From an uncultured Bacillales bacterium (GTDB taxonomy: Bacteria > Bacillota_I > Bacilli_A > RF39 > UBA660), in assembly GCA_946410555.1 (NCBI GenBank), contig CAMKAT010000003.1, forward strand, positions 5,007-69,006: a stretch of 64,000 bases of DNA, given 5' to 3'. Below are positions 35,439 through 45,062 of this stretch, one piece after another (the stretch's first letter is position 1; every line of letters begins with the position of its first letter). A program made the translations under genes and the position numbers. The notes under the pieces are model-generated. The model searched no databases. It saw only the letters and a list, made by a program, of their open reading frames with translations, and had not been told where the DNA came from.

Positions 35439-38071
35439 TAAATATTATCATTTCTAATTGTTTCTATGATATTTTGATTTTTACACTTATTAACCGAGTA
35501 ATTCATTATTATAGAAATAAGCAAAAATACTCCGATTGAAGATATAATTATAGGCTTAACAGGAATTGAATAAGTTATTATTCCTTGGTTAAATGATTTA
35601 TATACTATATATGAAAGTCCAATACCTAAAGGTATACCAAATAATAATGATTTAATACCAATAAATAAACTTTCTAAACGAATCATATTATTGAATTCTT
35701 TCTTAGTCATACCAATTGACTTTAACATTGCAAATTCTTGTCTTCTTAAATTTATGTTAGAAGTAATTGTATTAAAGATATTAGTAATACCAATTAATGT
35801 AATTACAGTAATAAATCCATAAAGGAATATACCAATAAGTAATACTACATTTTGCATTTCTCTTACATTTTCATCTTTATTACTTAAAGTAAATTCTTCA
35901 CCCTTAAGAATATTTTCTAATTCATCTTGAGTTTTGATAGCATCACTTGATTGAATATTTATATTGATTGAAGTACTTCTAATGTTTTCATCTTTAAATA
36001 ATTCTTTCTTAAAGATATTCTTTTCAGCAGTTTTATTAATAAACATATAGTTTGTTCCTACTTCACTACCAACAAATCCAAATGGAAGTGTTTCTGTGAT
36101 TGTACCAATTTTTAAATCTACAACTTTACCTTTGATAGTATCTCCAGCTTTATAGTTAAAGGTATCTATTTTCTTTTTATTATTAGTAGTTTTACTATAG
36201 TTATAACACATTACTTTATTAACAAATACTCCAGCTTTATCATAATCTTTTGAAGATTCACCAAGACTATTCAAATAATCATTAAATGATTCGTCATCTA
36301 AAACTATTACATCAATATATGGTTCATAATATTGGTAATCATCACCTTTGAATTTTTTAAATTCTTCATTTACTTTTCCTTTTACAATATCAGTATCAAC
36401 ATCAAAATATACTGTATATTCTAGAGATAACTTTTCTACTCCAGTTACATTTTTTAAATCTAAATATTTTTTATATGTTTCATCAGTAGGATTAGTAATT
36501 GAAACATCAATATTATGATCACTTGCATTTACTTCTTCTTTAACAGAATCAATAGCTATCCCCATGAAGTATGATAATGCAATAAATACTGAAGTTGAAA
36601 TAACTATAGAAACAACTGTAGTTCTAAATTTTCTTTTATTTCTCTTCATGTTTTTAAAACTGATTTCTCCACCAATTTTAAAGATTTTAGAAATAATCTT
36701 AGGGCATTTAAGACTTCTTTTCTTTATCTTAATGTTACCACTGTTTCTTATTGATTCGATTGGAGATACCCTGGATGCTTTAAATGCACTTTTTAGAGCT
36801 GATAAATAAATAGTTATCATTCCTAAAATAATAGAAACCAATATTGCTAACCAAGATATAGAGAATCTTAATACTAAATCTTCACTATAAGAATTAGATA
36901 GTAATTTATTTGAAATAATCATTAAAATAAATGATGCAAATAATCCTAAGAATACTCCTAATGGAATACCAATGATTCCTAAGATTGATGCTTCATATAA
37001 TACATTCTTTCTTATTTGTCTCTTAGTAGATCCAATACTTCTTAACATACCATATTGTTTTATTTTTTCTGTAATAGAAATATCAAAACTATTCTTAATA
37101 CAGAATACAGAACATACAACAATTATTATTAATACAATAGCTACAACTCTTGAAAGGTCTCCCATAGCAGATCCTTGGATTGGATTTTTTTGAAGTCCAA
37201 TTAAATATTGATTAATATCAAATTTTGTATATTTCATGTTAGATTCTACTCTATCAAATATTTTTTCTGCTTCTTCAGTAGATATATCCGAAAATTTTCC
37301 ATTAATATATCTATCGAAGTCTTTTCTATCTACACCTTCAATATCAGCAAAGATATTGTAAGCATCTTTCATTTTATCTCTTTTAATAGTTAAATAAGCT
37401 GTTACTGAATCATTCTCATTAAATTCTTTTTTATAAGTAATAAAAGTATAACCAGGAGCTGAGTATGGCTCTATTGATGAAGATACTCTTCCTCCGATAC
37501 CAACAATTGTGTATTCTTTTTTTACTGTATCAACTAGTTCTTCACCTTCATGATCATATGGGTTGTTTTGGGTTAATTCTTCTGAGCCAGCCATTCTTTT
37601 ACCAACATTTAAAGTTATTTTATCTCCGATGTTTAATGACACTCTTCCGTTTGTACGAAGATGAGTTGGAATTACGACTTCAGAATCATTTTCTGGAAGT
37701 CTTCCTTCTTTAAGTTTAATTGGAAGTGTATTAAGTGCATCTTTATTAAGTGCAGTAATCGCAGCATATGGTTTATCTTTATTTTGAGATTTAATATCTG
37801 CATAACCGATAAGTTTTGATTCACTTACTTTTTCAACTGATTCATTTAGTTTCATTCTATCTATATCTGATTTAGTTACATCTCTAAATAAATAGTGATA
37901 GTTACCTGTTATTTTTATTTCATAATCTTCGATGGATTTTAAACCACTCATGTAAACTGTAGATACTGCAGTTAAAAGAGCAATAGATAAAATAATACCA
38001 ATGATAGTTACAATAGTTCTTTTCTTATTCAGTTTAAGATTTTTAATAGTTAATTTATTAAGTAAGTCCAT
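35438..38071 (-). CDS. ABC transporter permease with tandem FtsX/MacB-type modules (8 TM, two large extracytoplasmic domains)
   Basis: 877 aa. Two repeats of TM + ~250-aa loop + 3 TM. FtsX-type segments GMLRSIGSTKRQI and AMLKSIGMTKKEF. Confidence 0.8.
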   Translation of the reverse strand: MDLLNKLTIKNLKLNKKRTIVTIIGIILSIALLTAVSTVYMSGLKSIEDYEIKITGNYHYLFRDVTKSDIDRMKLNESVEKVSESKLIGYADIKSQNKDKPYAAITALNKDALNTLPIKLKEGRLPENDSEVVIPTHLRTNGRVSLNIGDKITLNVGKRMAGSEELTQNNPYDHEGEELVDTVKKEYTIVGIGGRVSSSIEPYSAPGYTFITYKKEFNENDSVTAYLTIKRDKMKDAYNIFADIEGVDRKDFDRYINGKFSDISTEEAEKIFDRVESNMKYTKFDINQYLIGLQKNPIQGSAMGDLSRVVAIVLIIIVVCSVFCIKNSFDISITEKIKQYGMLRSIGSTKRQIRKNVLYEASILGIIGIPLGVFLGLFASFILMIISNKLLSNSYSEDLVLRFSISWLAILVSIILGMITIYLSALKSAFKASRVSPIESIRNSGNIKIKKRSLKCPKIISKIFKIGGEISFKNMKRNKRKFRTTVVSIVISTSVFIALSYFMGIAIDSVKEEVNASDHNIDVSITNPTDETYKKYLDLKNVTGVEKLSLEYTVYFDVDTDIVKGKVNEEFKKFKGDDYQYYEPYIDVIVLDDESFNDYLNSLGESSKDYDKAGVFVNKVMCYNYSKTTNNKKKIDTFNYKAGDTIKGKVVDLKIGTITETLPFGFVGSEVGTNYMFINKTAEKNIFKKELFKDENIRSTSININIQSSDAIKTQDELENILKGEEFTLSNKDENVREMQNVVLLIGIFLYGFITVITLIGITNIFNTITSNINLRRQEFAMLKSIGMTKKEFNNMIRLESLFIGIKSLLFGIPLGIGLSYIVYKSFNQGIITYSIPVKPIIISSIGVFLLISIIMNYSVNKCKNQNIIETIRNDNI

Positions 38072-38073
38072 AA

Positions 38074-38745
38074 TTAAACCTCCTTAACAATATGTCCATC
38101 TTCGATTTTTATTATTCTATCTGCAACTTTAGCAATTTCCATATTATGAGTAATCATAATAATTGTTTGTTTGTAATCTTTGTTAGATTTTTTAAGTAAA
38201 GCTACAATTTCATCACTAGATTTAGAATCTAGGTTACCAGTTGGTTCATCTGCAAGTACGATTGTTGGATGAGTAATAAGTGCTCTACCTATTGAAACTC
38301 TTTGTTGTTGTCCACCAGATAATTCATTTGGTAAATGTTTCTTTCTTCTTTCTAAACCTAGAAGTTTAATTAAATCTTCAAGTTCTTCTTTATCTACTTT
38401 TCTATTATCTAATGATAATGGTAAAGTAATGTTTTCTTCAGCATTAAGAATAGGAATTAAATTATAAAATTGATAAATTAATCCTACTTGTCTTCTTCTG
38501 AAAATTGCTAATTTTTCATCATTTAAATTAAATATATCTTCACCATTAATATATACTTTTCCAGAAGTAGGTCTATCTACTCCTCCAAGAATATGAAGTA
38601 ATGTTGATTTACCAGAACCAGATGCACCAACAATTGCAACAAACTCTCCTTTATTTACCTTAAAACTGACATCATCAAGTGCTCTTACTTCAGTTGATCC
38701 TTTTCCATAAACTTTAGTTAAATTTTCTACCTTTAATATTTCCAT
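38074..38745 (-). CDS. ABC transporter ATP-binding protein (MacB/LolD-type)
   Basis: Walker A GASGSGKSTLL, Q-loop, signature LSGGQQQRVSIGRAL, Walker B VLADEPTGNLD. Confidence 0.9.
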   Translation of the reverse strand: MEILKVENLTKVYGKGSTEVRALDDVSFKVNKGEFVAIVGASGSGKSTLLHILGGVDRPTSGKVYINGEDIFNLNDEKLAIFRRRQVGLIYQFYNLIPILNAEENITLPLSLDNRKVDKEELEDLIKLLGLERRKKHLPNELSGGQQQRVSIGRALITHPTIVLADEPTGNLDSKSSDEIVALLKKSNKDYKQTIIMITHNMEIAKVADRIIKIEDGHIVKEV

Positions 38746-38764
38746 AATTATTCACCTTTCATTA

Positions 38765-38902
38765 TTATATATTAGTTTCCATAATATTTATATCATTATT
38801 AATATCTTTAGCTGCCTCTTTTTCTAAAACTACATAAAGACCTGCTAAAGATGAGAACACCATAACACATACTGCTGTATAAGTGATTATAAACTTTTTC
38901 AT
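38765..38902 (-). CDS. Candidate small ORF (45 aa, hydrophobic N-terminus)
   Basis: Below the track cutoff. GGAGGA SD 6 nt upstream of ATG 38902. MKKFIITYTAVCVMVFSSLAGLYVVLEKEAAKDINNDINIMETNI. It is the first cistron between the direct-repeat promoter and the ABC ATPase gene. Confidence 0.4.
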   Translation of the reverse strand: MKKFIITYTAVCVMVFSSLAGLYVVLEKEAAKDINNDINIMETNI

Positions 38903-38927
38903 ACTTTTTCCTCCTTTTTACAACTCC

Positions 38928-38960
38928 ATTATATGAATCTAAAGTTACAAGTAAGTTACA
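38928..38960 (-). promoter_or_regulatory. Candidate response-regulator-dependent promoter: direct repeat TGTAACTT x2 (11-bp phasing) plus a TATAAT -10
   Basis: Minus strand reads TGTAACTTACT TGTAACTTTAGATTCA TATAAT. Repeats are at 38953-38960 and 38942-38949, the -10 is at 38928-38933, and there is no good -35 hexamer. Confidence 0.45.
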
Positions 38961-38962
38961 AA

Positions 38963-38998
38963 ATAAAAAAAGTTGTAAATTTTTAATATTTACAACTT
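38963..38998 (-). terminator. Intrinsic terminator ending the ABC-2/HAD-like/propeller-like operon
   Basis: 11-bp perfect stem AAGTTGTAAAT / ATTTACAACTT overlaps the stop at 38990 and is followed on the minus strand by TTTTTTTATTTT. Confidence 0.7.
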
Positions 38999-39913
38999 AT
39001 TTATATATTCATCTATTTTTTCATCTAAATTTTCAATTAAGAGATCACCTGAATGTTTTGTTCCACTGAAGTACTTTTCAGCATTTGATTCATAAGCACT
39101 ATAAAGTTTATTATCTTTATTCATATAGATTTGTTCTAACATGTTAGGCATTTCAAAATTTAAACATTTTTCATTTCTATAATCTTTAATATTTGGATCA
39201 TACTTAACCAGTTTCATATTAGATTTAAATTTATTACCAATTGATGATGATACAAACATATAAGTGCTACCATTATAATCATAAAAAGATAAACCTTGAA
39301 CTAATCCATAGAAGTAACTCTTTTCGTATTCATCTGGATTAATAGATCCATTATCTAATACTTTAAATTTCTTCATGGTTGAAAAAGCTTCAGCTGTATA
39401 ATCACCTAAGAATAAATAACCATCATGATATGCTATGTAAGCAACTGATGTATTTCCATAAACGTTAACTAATCCCTTAGATACATCTAATCTATAGAAT
39501 TTAGGATTAATTACATCATTAACCATAAATTCATCTTTATTATAACCACTGATTGTTCCTTGGATATCTGTAATCCATACTATTTGATTAATTGGATCAT
39601 ATGTAATACCACCAACATGACTGTTATTATTTAGTAATACTTCTTTTACATAATTCATATCTAAATCATAAATTATTACTTTACTCGATTTACTAATTGA
39701 ATCATTATAGGCAGTAACAAATAAATAATCATCTACTTCACATATACCTTGGATAACATATGTATCACTATCTATATCTAATTCTTTTTGAATCATATTC
39801 TTATCAAAAGGAACTTTTTCATTAATTACTCCTTTAGAACCACTTGAGTTTAAAGTAGTCATAAAGACTAATCCTAAGAGTGTTAGTTTCTTTTTAAATT
39901 TAGTATATTTCAT
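38990..39913 (-). CDS. Secreted or membrane-anchored hypothetical protein (beta-rich)
   Basis: ATG 39913 (MKYTKFKKKLTLLGLVFMTTL, signal-like) is preferred over track GTG 39922, which lies inside the SD. Repetitive Y/G/D-rich beta-strand pattern. No family call. Confidence 0.55.
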   Translation of the reverse strand: MKYTKFKKKLTLLGLVFMTTLNSSGSKGVINEKVPFDKNMIQKELDIDSDTYVIQGICEVDDYLFVTAYNDSISKSSKVIIYDLDMNYVKEVLLNNNSHVGGITYDPINQIVWITDIQGTISGYNKDEFMVNDVINPKFYRLDVSKGLVNVYGNTSVAYIAYHDGYLFLGDYTAEAFSTMKKFKVLDNGSINPDEYEKSYFYGLVQGLSFYDYNGSTYMFVSSSIGNKFKSNMKLVKYDPNIKDYRNEKCLNFEMPNMLEQIYMNKDNKLYSAYESNAEKYFSGTKHSGDLLIENLDEKIDEYINKL

Positions 39914-39945
39914 AACCTTCACCAGTTTGTTATTATAACAAACCC

Positions 39946-40872
39946 TTACCTTTTAATTCTACTTAATAGACACTTCTTTACATCCTGAATGTGTTCATCA
40001 CTCCACCAAGGAGCGGGGAATGTAAATAAGTCATCATAATCTAGCGATGCAAAGTTGAAATTACTTAAATGTATATTCTTATTATCTAAAATTAAATAAT
40101 CATACTTATCTTTATTCTTCATATATGTATCTAACAGTGTGAATCCAAATCTAGAATTATTATTTTCATTAATATCTCTTACATATATTGGTTTTAAATA
40201 AAGAAGTCTTAAACCATCAATTACAAACTCATGTTTTTCAAGTGTTAAATCATCAGCGAATCTTATACACTCACCATCATCTTCAGTCTTAGGGTTACCA
40301 TTCAATAAAAGATATCCATACCTATATTCTTCTTCATGGAAAATACCATAATTATTAGATACACGTTTAAAGTTTGGACCAAAGTCCTCATACCAATCAC
40401 AGTCATCATATATTATATGTTTTCTTATCTCAGGATGTTCACTTAAATATTTTCTTATAGCTTCCCTTTTATCTAGTCCTGGCTTAGTAGTATCTACTAC
40501 ATAATCTTCCATATCATACACTTTAAAATATCCTTTAAGAAATTCAAATGGATGATTATCTTTCCAATCACTAGATATTACTATGTTAGAACCTGTAACA
40601 TAAAGGAGTTCTTTTAAATAACCAATAGCCATTGGCCTCCAGTCATAGTAAACTGCTCCAATATCGTAATCATACATATTTAAGTATCTTTCATCATGAT
40701 ACTTTTCATATAAATATTTTTTTAATAATTCATTATCATGATCATGCCTTATTTGACCATTTTGAAGAACTCCATAAATATCTAGGAAAATTGTTCTATG
40801 TTCTTCTTTTATTCTTTTAATCTTTTCTAAATCATAATAATTACTTTTATAGAAATCAAAACTCTTATGCAT
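39946..40872 (-). CDS. HAD-like protein, distant paralogue of 13399..14214, with an altered motif I
   Basis: IFLDIYGVLQ (the second Asp of DxD is replaced by Tyr), IVISSDWK and IIYDDCDW parallel the motifs of the other copy. Confidence 0.5.
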   Translation of the reverse strand: MHKSFDFYKSNYYDLEKIKRIKEEHRTIFLDIYGVLQNGQIRHDHDNELLKKYLYEKYHDERYLNMYDYDIGAVYYDWRPMAIGYLKELLYVTGSNIVISSDWKDNHPFEFLKGYFKVYDMEDYVVDTTKPGLDKREAIRKYLSEHPEIRKHIIYDDCDWYEDFGPNFKRVSNNYGIFHEEEYRYGYLLLNGNPKTEDDGECIRFADDLTLEKHEFVIDGLRLLYLKPIYVRDINENNNSRFGFTLLDTYMKNKDKYDYLILDNKNIHLSNFNFASLDYDDLFTFPAPWWSDEHIQDVKKCLLSRIKR

Positions 40873-40896
40873 AACTCACCTATACAACTAATTTTC

Positions 40897-42504
40897 CTAT
40901 ACAACTAATTTTTCAAAATCTTTAGTTCCTTTTACTTTTGCATATAAATATAAAAGATAAGCGATAATCGCAAATATTAATGTTGCTATTAAAACAACTA
41001 AATTAGCATTAACTAATTCTTTTAATTTAAATACCAATCCAATTGATACAAAAGTTAAGAACATTCCTACCATCACAGATATAAATGAAGACATACTTTG
41101 TTTGACTACTTCAGTATCATCTTTAGCATCTAATTTAGGGAATTTAAGATTAACAATAATTCCTATAAGTCCCGAGATTAATGGTAGAATTACTGCACAT
41201 ATAATAAGCAATAATCCAATGAATATATTTATTTTAAAGTTAATAAAACTTACTATTAATCCAATAATCATTATTGGAACTTCCACTGTTAAAGTAGTAT
41301 TTACTTTATACATAATTATATCTATTGGTCTTATTGGTAAACTTTTAAGTATATTAATAGATTTACCTTCCAAAGAAATCATACAACAAGTAAGATTGGT
41401 TAATAATGAGGTAGCTACTACTATTAATAATAATACTATAGGTATATTACCTGTGATATCAAATAGAACTTCTCCATTTTGTGTTGTAAGCATATCCTTA
41501 AACATATCTATTTTAAAGTTAATCATTGCGATTGCAATAATATATATTACAAGTCCAAAACAAGAATTTAATATATATACTGGAGTATTAACAAGTCTTT
41601 TAAGCTCTTTTTTAATAAATGCTTTCCCCCTAGATGTAACTTTAATATTTAAAGAAGTATCTTTATTATGACTACCTATTTTCTTAACTATTTTAATCTT
41701 AGAATTAATACTAAAGTATACATTTTTTAAACTAATAATAAGAATTATAAATGGAATAACATGAAGAAGTATAAAGATTATTAAATCAAGCACTTTAAAA
41801 TTAGTAATTAAATTAACATAAAGACCCGCAGGATAATAAACCTTTATAATAATATCATTAATACTCTTAGCGTTTTCTAGAAGATTATCAAAAAGAGTAC
41901 CCATATTGGACCAAACTATTAAAAGAATTCCAATAAATATAAACGAAATATAAGTTTGCATAATATTTTTATTTTTAAACATTGAAGATAAAAATGCTAT
42001 TACTATTCCTACGATCGTAGAAAGAACAATTGGAATAATTGGTAGTAATAATAAACTTAAAACAGAAATTAAATAATAACTCACCTCTGGATGCACATGC
42101 ACTGCGTAACATGCTAATGCAGGTAATAAGAATAAACTATTAAATATAAGTTCAAATACATAGAACTTTAATACTCTTATAAAGAAAACTGTGCTTCTTT
42201 TAATTGGTAAAGTAAGTAATAAATCATCGTCTTTACAATTAAATAAAAGACCACTACTCTTATAGATACCTTCCATAAATGTCATTATAGTTGTACCTAA
42301 GATAAACATAGTAACTATTACATATTGAAGATTAACTTCATCTAAGACGCTCATTAATTGATCTGCATTTATATAAAATGAAGACATTATTAATAATGCA
42401 AGTATAAATGGTAAGTACTTATATTTGGAAGCATTACCCTTTAATTTAAAGATAGACATATTATCTTTAAGACAAACTTTGATTAAAGTAATTAACTTTT
42501 TCAT
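40897..42504 (-). CDS. Multi-pass ABC exporter permease (ABC-2 / putative-ABC-exporter type)
   Basis: 535 aa with about 12 hydrophobic helices. Its start is adjacent (1 nt) to the stop of the ATPase gene. Confidence 0.55.
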   Translation of the reverse strand: MKKLITLIKVCLKDNMSIFKLKGNASKYKYLPFILALLIMSSFYINADQLMSVLDEVNLQYVIVTMFILGTTIMTFMEGIYKSSGLLFNCKDDDLLLTLPIKRSTVFFIRVLKFYVFELIFNSLFLLPALACYAVHVHPEVSYYLISVLSLLLLPIIPIVLSTIVGIVIAFLSSMFKNKNIMQTYISFIFIGILLIVWSNMGTLFDNLLENAKSINDIIIKVYYPAGLYVNLITNFKVLDLIIFILLHVIPFIILIISLKNVYFSINSKIKIVKKIGSHNKDTSLNIKVTSRGKAFIKKELKRLVNTPVYILNSCFGLVIYIIAIAMINFKIDMFKDMLTTQNGEVLFDITGNIPIVLLLIVVATSLLTNLTCCMISLEGKSINILKSLPIRPIDIIMYKVNTTLTVEVPIMIIGLIVSFINFKINIFIGLLLIICAVILPLISGLIGIIVNLKFPKLDAKDDTEVVKQSMSSFISVMVGMFLTFVSIGLVFKLKELVNANLVVLIATLIFAIIAYLLYLYAKVKGTKDFEKLVV

Positions 42505-42505
42505 A

Positions 42506-43210
42506 TTAATCCTCTAGTTCTAAGAAGACACTCTCTAAAGATTTATCTCCTTTGACTTCTTTCATAGTTCCAACACTTACAAGTTCGCCTTTTTTAATTA
42601 TTCCTACCCTTGAACATAGTTTTTCTGCAACTTCTAGAATATGAGTTGAAAAGAAAATTGTAGTTCCTTTTTTAGTTAATTTTTTCATTATTTCTTTAAC
42701 ATCAAATACTGCTTTTGGATCTAATCCTACGAATGGTTCATCCATAATAAGAACCTTAGGTTCATGTACTAAAGCACATATAAGTGCTATCTTTTGTTTC
42801 ATACCATGAGAGTAAGACTCAATAATATCATTAAGTTTATCATCCATTTCAAATAATTTAGAATATTTAATTATTCTTTCAGTTCTATCACTTTCTGACA
42901 CTTCATACATATCACAAATAAAGTTAATATAATCAATTGCTTTCATTTGCTCATAAAGTTCAGGATTATCTGGAACAAATGCCATTTCTTTTTTACATTC
43001 TACTGGATTTTTCTTTATTGATTTACCATTAATAAGAATACTCCCTGAATCAAATTCTTGAATACCAGTGATACATTTAATTAAAGTTGTTTTACCTGCA
43101 CCATTGTGTCCTATGAATGCAAATATTTCTCCATCACCAACTTTAAACGAAACATTATTAACCGCTATATTATTTCCATATTTTTTAGTTACTTTCTTTA
43201 TCTCTATCAT
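42506..43210 (-). CDS. ABC transporter ATP-binding protein (ABC-2 type)
   Basis: Walker A GHNGAGKTTL, signature YSHGMKQKIALICAL, Walker B LIMDEPFVGLD. Confidence 0.9.
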   Translation of the reverse strand: MIEIKKVTKKYGNNIAVNNVSFKVGDGEIFAFIGHNGAGKTTLIKCITGIQEFDSGSILINGKSIKKNPVECKKEMAFVPDNPELYEQMKAIDYINFICDMYEVSESDRTERIIKYSKLFEMDDKLNDIIESYSHGMKQKIALICALVHEPKVLIMDEPFVGLDPKAVFDVKEIMKKLTKKGTTIFFSTHILEVAEKLCSRVGIIKKGELVSVGTMKEVKGDKSLESVFLELED

Positions 43211-43249
43211 TTCTACACCATCCTATGATAATTATACACTAAATTTTAC

Positions 43250-43283
43250 TAATAATAAAAGGAGGATTATTTATCCTCCTTTT
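43250..43283 (-). terminator. Intrinsic terminator after gene 43267..44532
   Basis: 11-bp stem AAAAGGAGGAT / ATCCTCCTTTT with a 5-nt loop overlaps the stop codon. T-rich sequence downstream on the minus strand. Confidence 0.6.
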
Positions 43284-44532
43284 TATCCTTCTTTACAACT
43301 TTAATTGATTGAGTTTTTTCTAATTCTTCATTAATTTCATCAAGTGTTGTTTTCTTATTCTTTTTATCTAAAAGAATTATTGTAGAAAATGCTAGGACTG
43401 CAACTGAAACTGCAACTACAACTGCAATGATAGCCATTTGTTTTTTATCTATTTTAACAGTTTTAACTTTTTCTTCCTCTTCAACTTCAGTTGTTGGTTC
43501 AGTATCATCATCACCTTCGATATCAGTGTATGGAGCTACTAATTCATCTTCTTCTAAGAATTCAGAAGTCATAGTTGTTACTCTTACCCAACCCAATTTA
43601 TTGTTAAAGAATACTAATACATCAATTGTATCTGTATCACTTGCTCCCATTAGTTCATATACTAAGTTAACTGTAGAAAGTTTAGTTCCTGATGGAATTG
43701 TTTCTAATACTTCAGAACCTTTCATTGTAGAATACATCTTAGTATCTTTTTTAAATAAAATATTAAATTGTCTTTCTTTAAAACTAGTTCCAGGTTTCTT
43801 ACCTTCATTAATTAAATTATATGAATCATTATCATCTAATGTAATCATTTCATTATTTACTTTTATAATTGGAACTGTTGTAATCCATGGATTAGCCCAA
43901 TAATAAATAGTTTCTACAGTATTAGCTTTAATAAGAGTACCATTTAATGTTATATCTTTAGTAATAATTGCTTTTAAAGTTGTAGCATTGACTTCTCTTA
44001 CATTGAAGTGATCATTTTCACCACCATTACCAATGTAGATCCAACCTTTAAGTTCATCTTCTTGGATATAGAAGTAATCACTATAACTTTCTGATTTAGC
44101 AGCATAAAATGCAGTTACTTGTTCACCCTTTGAAATGTGACCAACTTTTTCATAAACACTTGCAGGTCCTGCATAAACATCTAACTTTTCTACAACTACT
44201 TCAAATTCTCTAGTTTTATCTAATTTAAAGATATTCTTATCATTAGGATTTACTGATTGAGTTTTTGGTTTAATAGCTACGATATCTTCACTCTTTAAAT
44301 CATAATAGTTATTCTTATAAACTATTTGATAACTAGTTCCAGAACCAGTTACTACGACAGTATCTCCTTTTTTAAATTTAACAGTTTTATTATTGTAATC
44401 TTTAACAGTTAATCCTGTTTCTGCAATTACTTCAGCTTCAAATTCTCTTATCATAGGTGCTCCTAGATCAGCATGAGCAATCATTGGAACAAACATTGCC
44501 ATAATTAATAATACTTTAATAAAATTTTTCAT
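43267..44532 (-). CDS. Surface protein: signal peptide, repeated beta (SH3-like?) modules, acidic segment, C-terminal TM anchor
   Basis: MKNFIKVLLIMAMFVPMIAHA signal; acidic DIEGDDDTEPTTEVEEEEK; TM MAIIAVVVAVSVAVLAFSTIILL; K-rich tail. Confidence 0.6.
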   Translation of the reverse strand: MKNFIKVLLIMAMFVPMIAHADLGAPMIREFEAEVIAETGLTVKDYNNKTVKFKKGDTVVVTGSGTSYQIVYKNNYYDLKSEDIVAIKPKTQSVNPNDKNIFKLDKTREFEVVVEKLDVYAGPASVYEKVGHISKGEQVTAFYAAKSESYSDYFYIQEDELKGWIYIGNGGENDHFNVREVNATTLKAIITKDITLNGTLIKANTVETIYYWANPWITTVPIIKVNNEMITLDDNDSYNLINEGKKPGTSFKERQFNILFKKDTKMYSTMKGSEVLETIPSGTKLSTVNLVYELMGASDTDTIDVLVFFNNKLGWVRVTTMTSEFLEEDELVAPYTDIEGDDDTEPTTEVEEEEKVKTVKIDKKQMAIIAVVVAVSVAVLAFSTIILLDKKNKKTTLDEINEELEKTQSIKVVKKDKKEDK

Positions 44533-44591
44533 CTTTCATCTTCCTTCTTTATTATTATATTTTACCTTTTAGTATTTTTTCAATAATATTT

Positions 44592-44942
44592 TTATATATT
44601 AAATATTAATCCTATTCCATAAGACACAGCATTAAGTATTAAAGATAAAACAAATGGATTTAGTTTTCTATATTTCAATGTTTTTAAATAAACTAATCCT
44701 TCAAGTATGACTGCTAATACTTCTAGGATATATATTGAATAACGATATACACTATAATTAAATACTATATATAAAAGTATTGGTAATGTTACTACGATTG
44801 GATTAGTCATTATATTAACAAGTATTATATTTAGAAAATCTCGTTTTTTCCTTACTCCAAAGATAAAAGCTAAACTTACTTCGATTAATATAGTTAGTGT
44901 TAAACATATAATCATTACTAAATATTCATTATTTAGATCCAT
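44592..44942 (-). CDS. Small integral membrane protein (116 aa, ~4 TM)
   Basis: Hydrophobic ORF with an ATG start. Overlapped by the upstream small-ORF candidate. Confidence 0.55.
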   Translation of the reverse strand: MDLNNEYLVMIICLTLTILIEVSLAFIFGVRKKRDFLNIILVNIMTNPIVVTLPILLYIVFNYSVYRYSIYILEVLAVILEGLVYLKTLKYRKLNPFVLSLILNAVSYGIGLIFNI

Positions 44943-45018
44943 TTCTTACCTCTTTAATAACTAAATATGTAGTTATTCCAATAATTGCTAAAGTAATAAG
45001 AATAGTTATTATAAACAA
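44929..45018 (-). CDS. Candidate small ORF (29 aa, single TM; TTG start)
   Basis: AAAGGAG SD 9 nt upstream of TTG 45018. (M)FIITILITLAIIGITTYLVIKEVRNGSK. Its stop overlaps the start of 44592..44942 by 14 nt. The weak start codon keeps confidence low. Confidence 0.25.
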   Translation of the reverse strand: MFIITILITLAIIGITTYLVIKEVRNGSK

Positions 45019-45062
45019 TGTTTCATTCTCCTTTATAAATAAGGGATTAAATATATATTTCA

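Noticed and set aside
20759-38745. Canonical BceRS-BceAB-type antimicrobial-peptide detoxification module
   Set aside because: The kinase has a sizeable (~63-aa) extracytoplasmic loop and so is not an intramembrane-sensing type. The permease is an 877-aa tandem-FtsX protein with two large loops, not the 10-TM single-loop BceB architecture. The genes are also 13 kb apart. Only a looser functional link is proposed.
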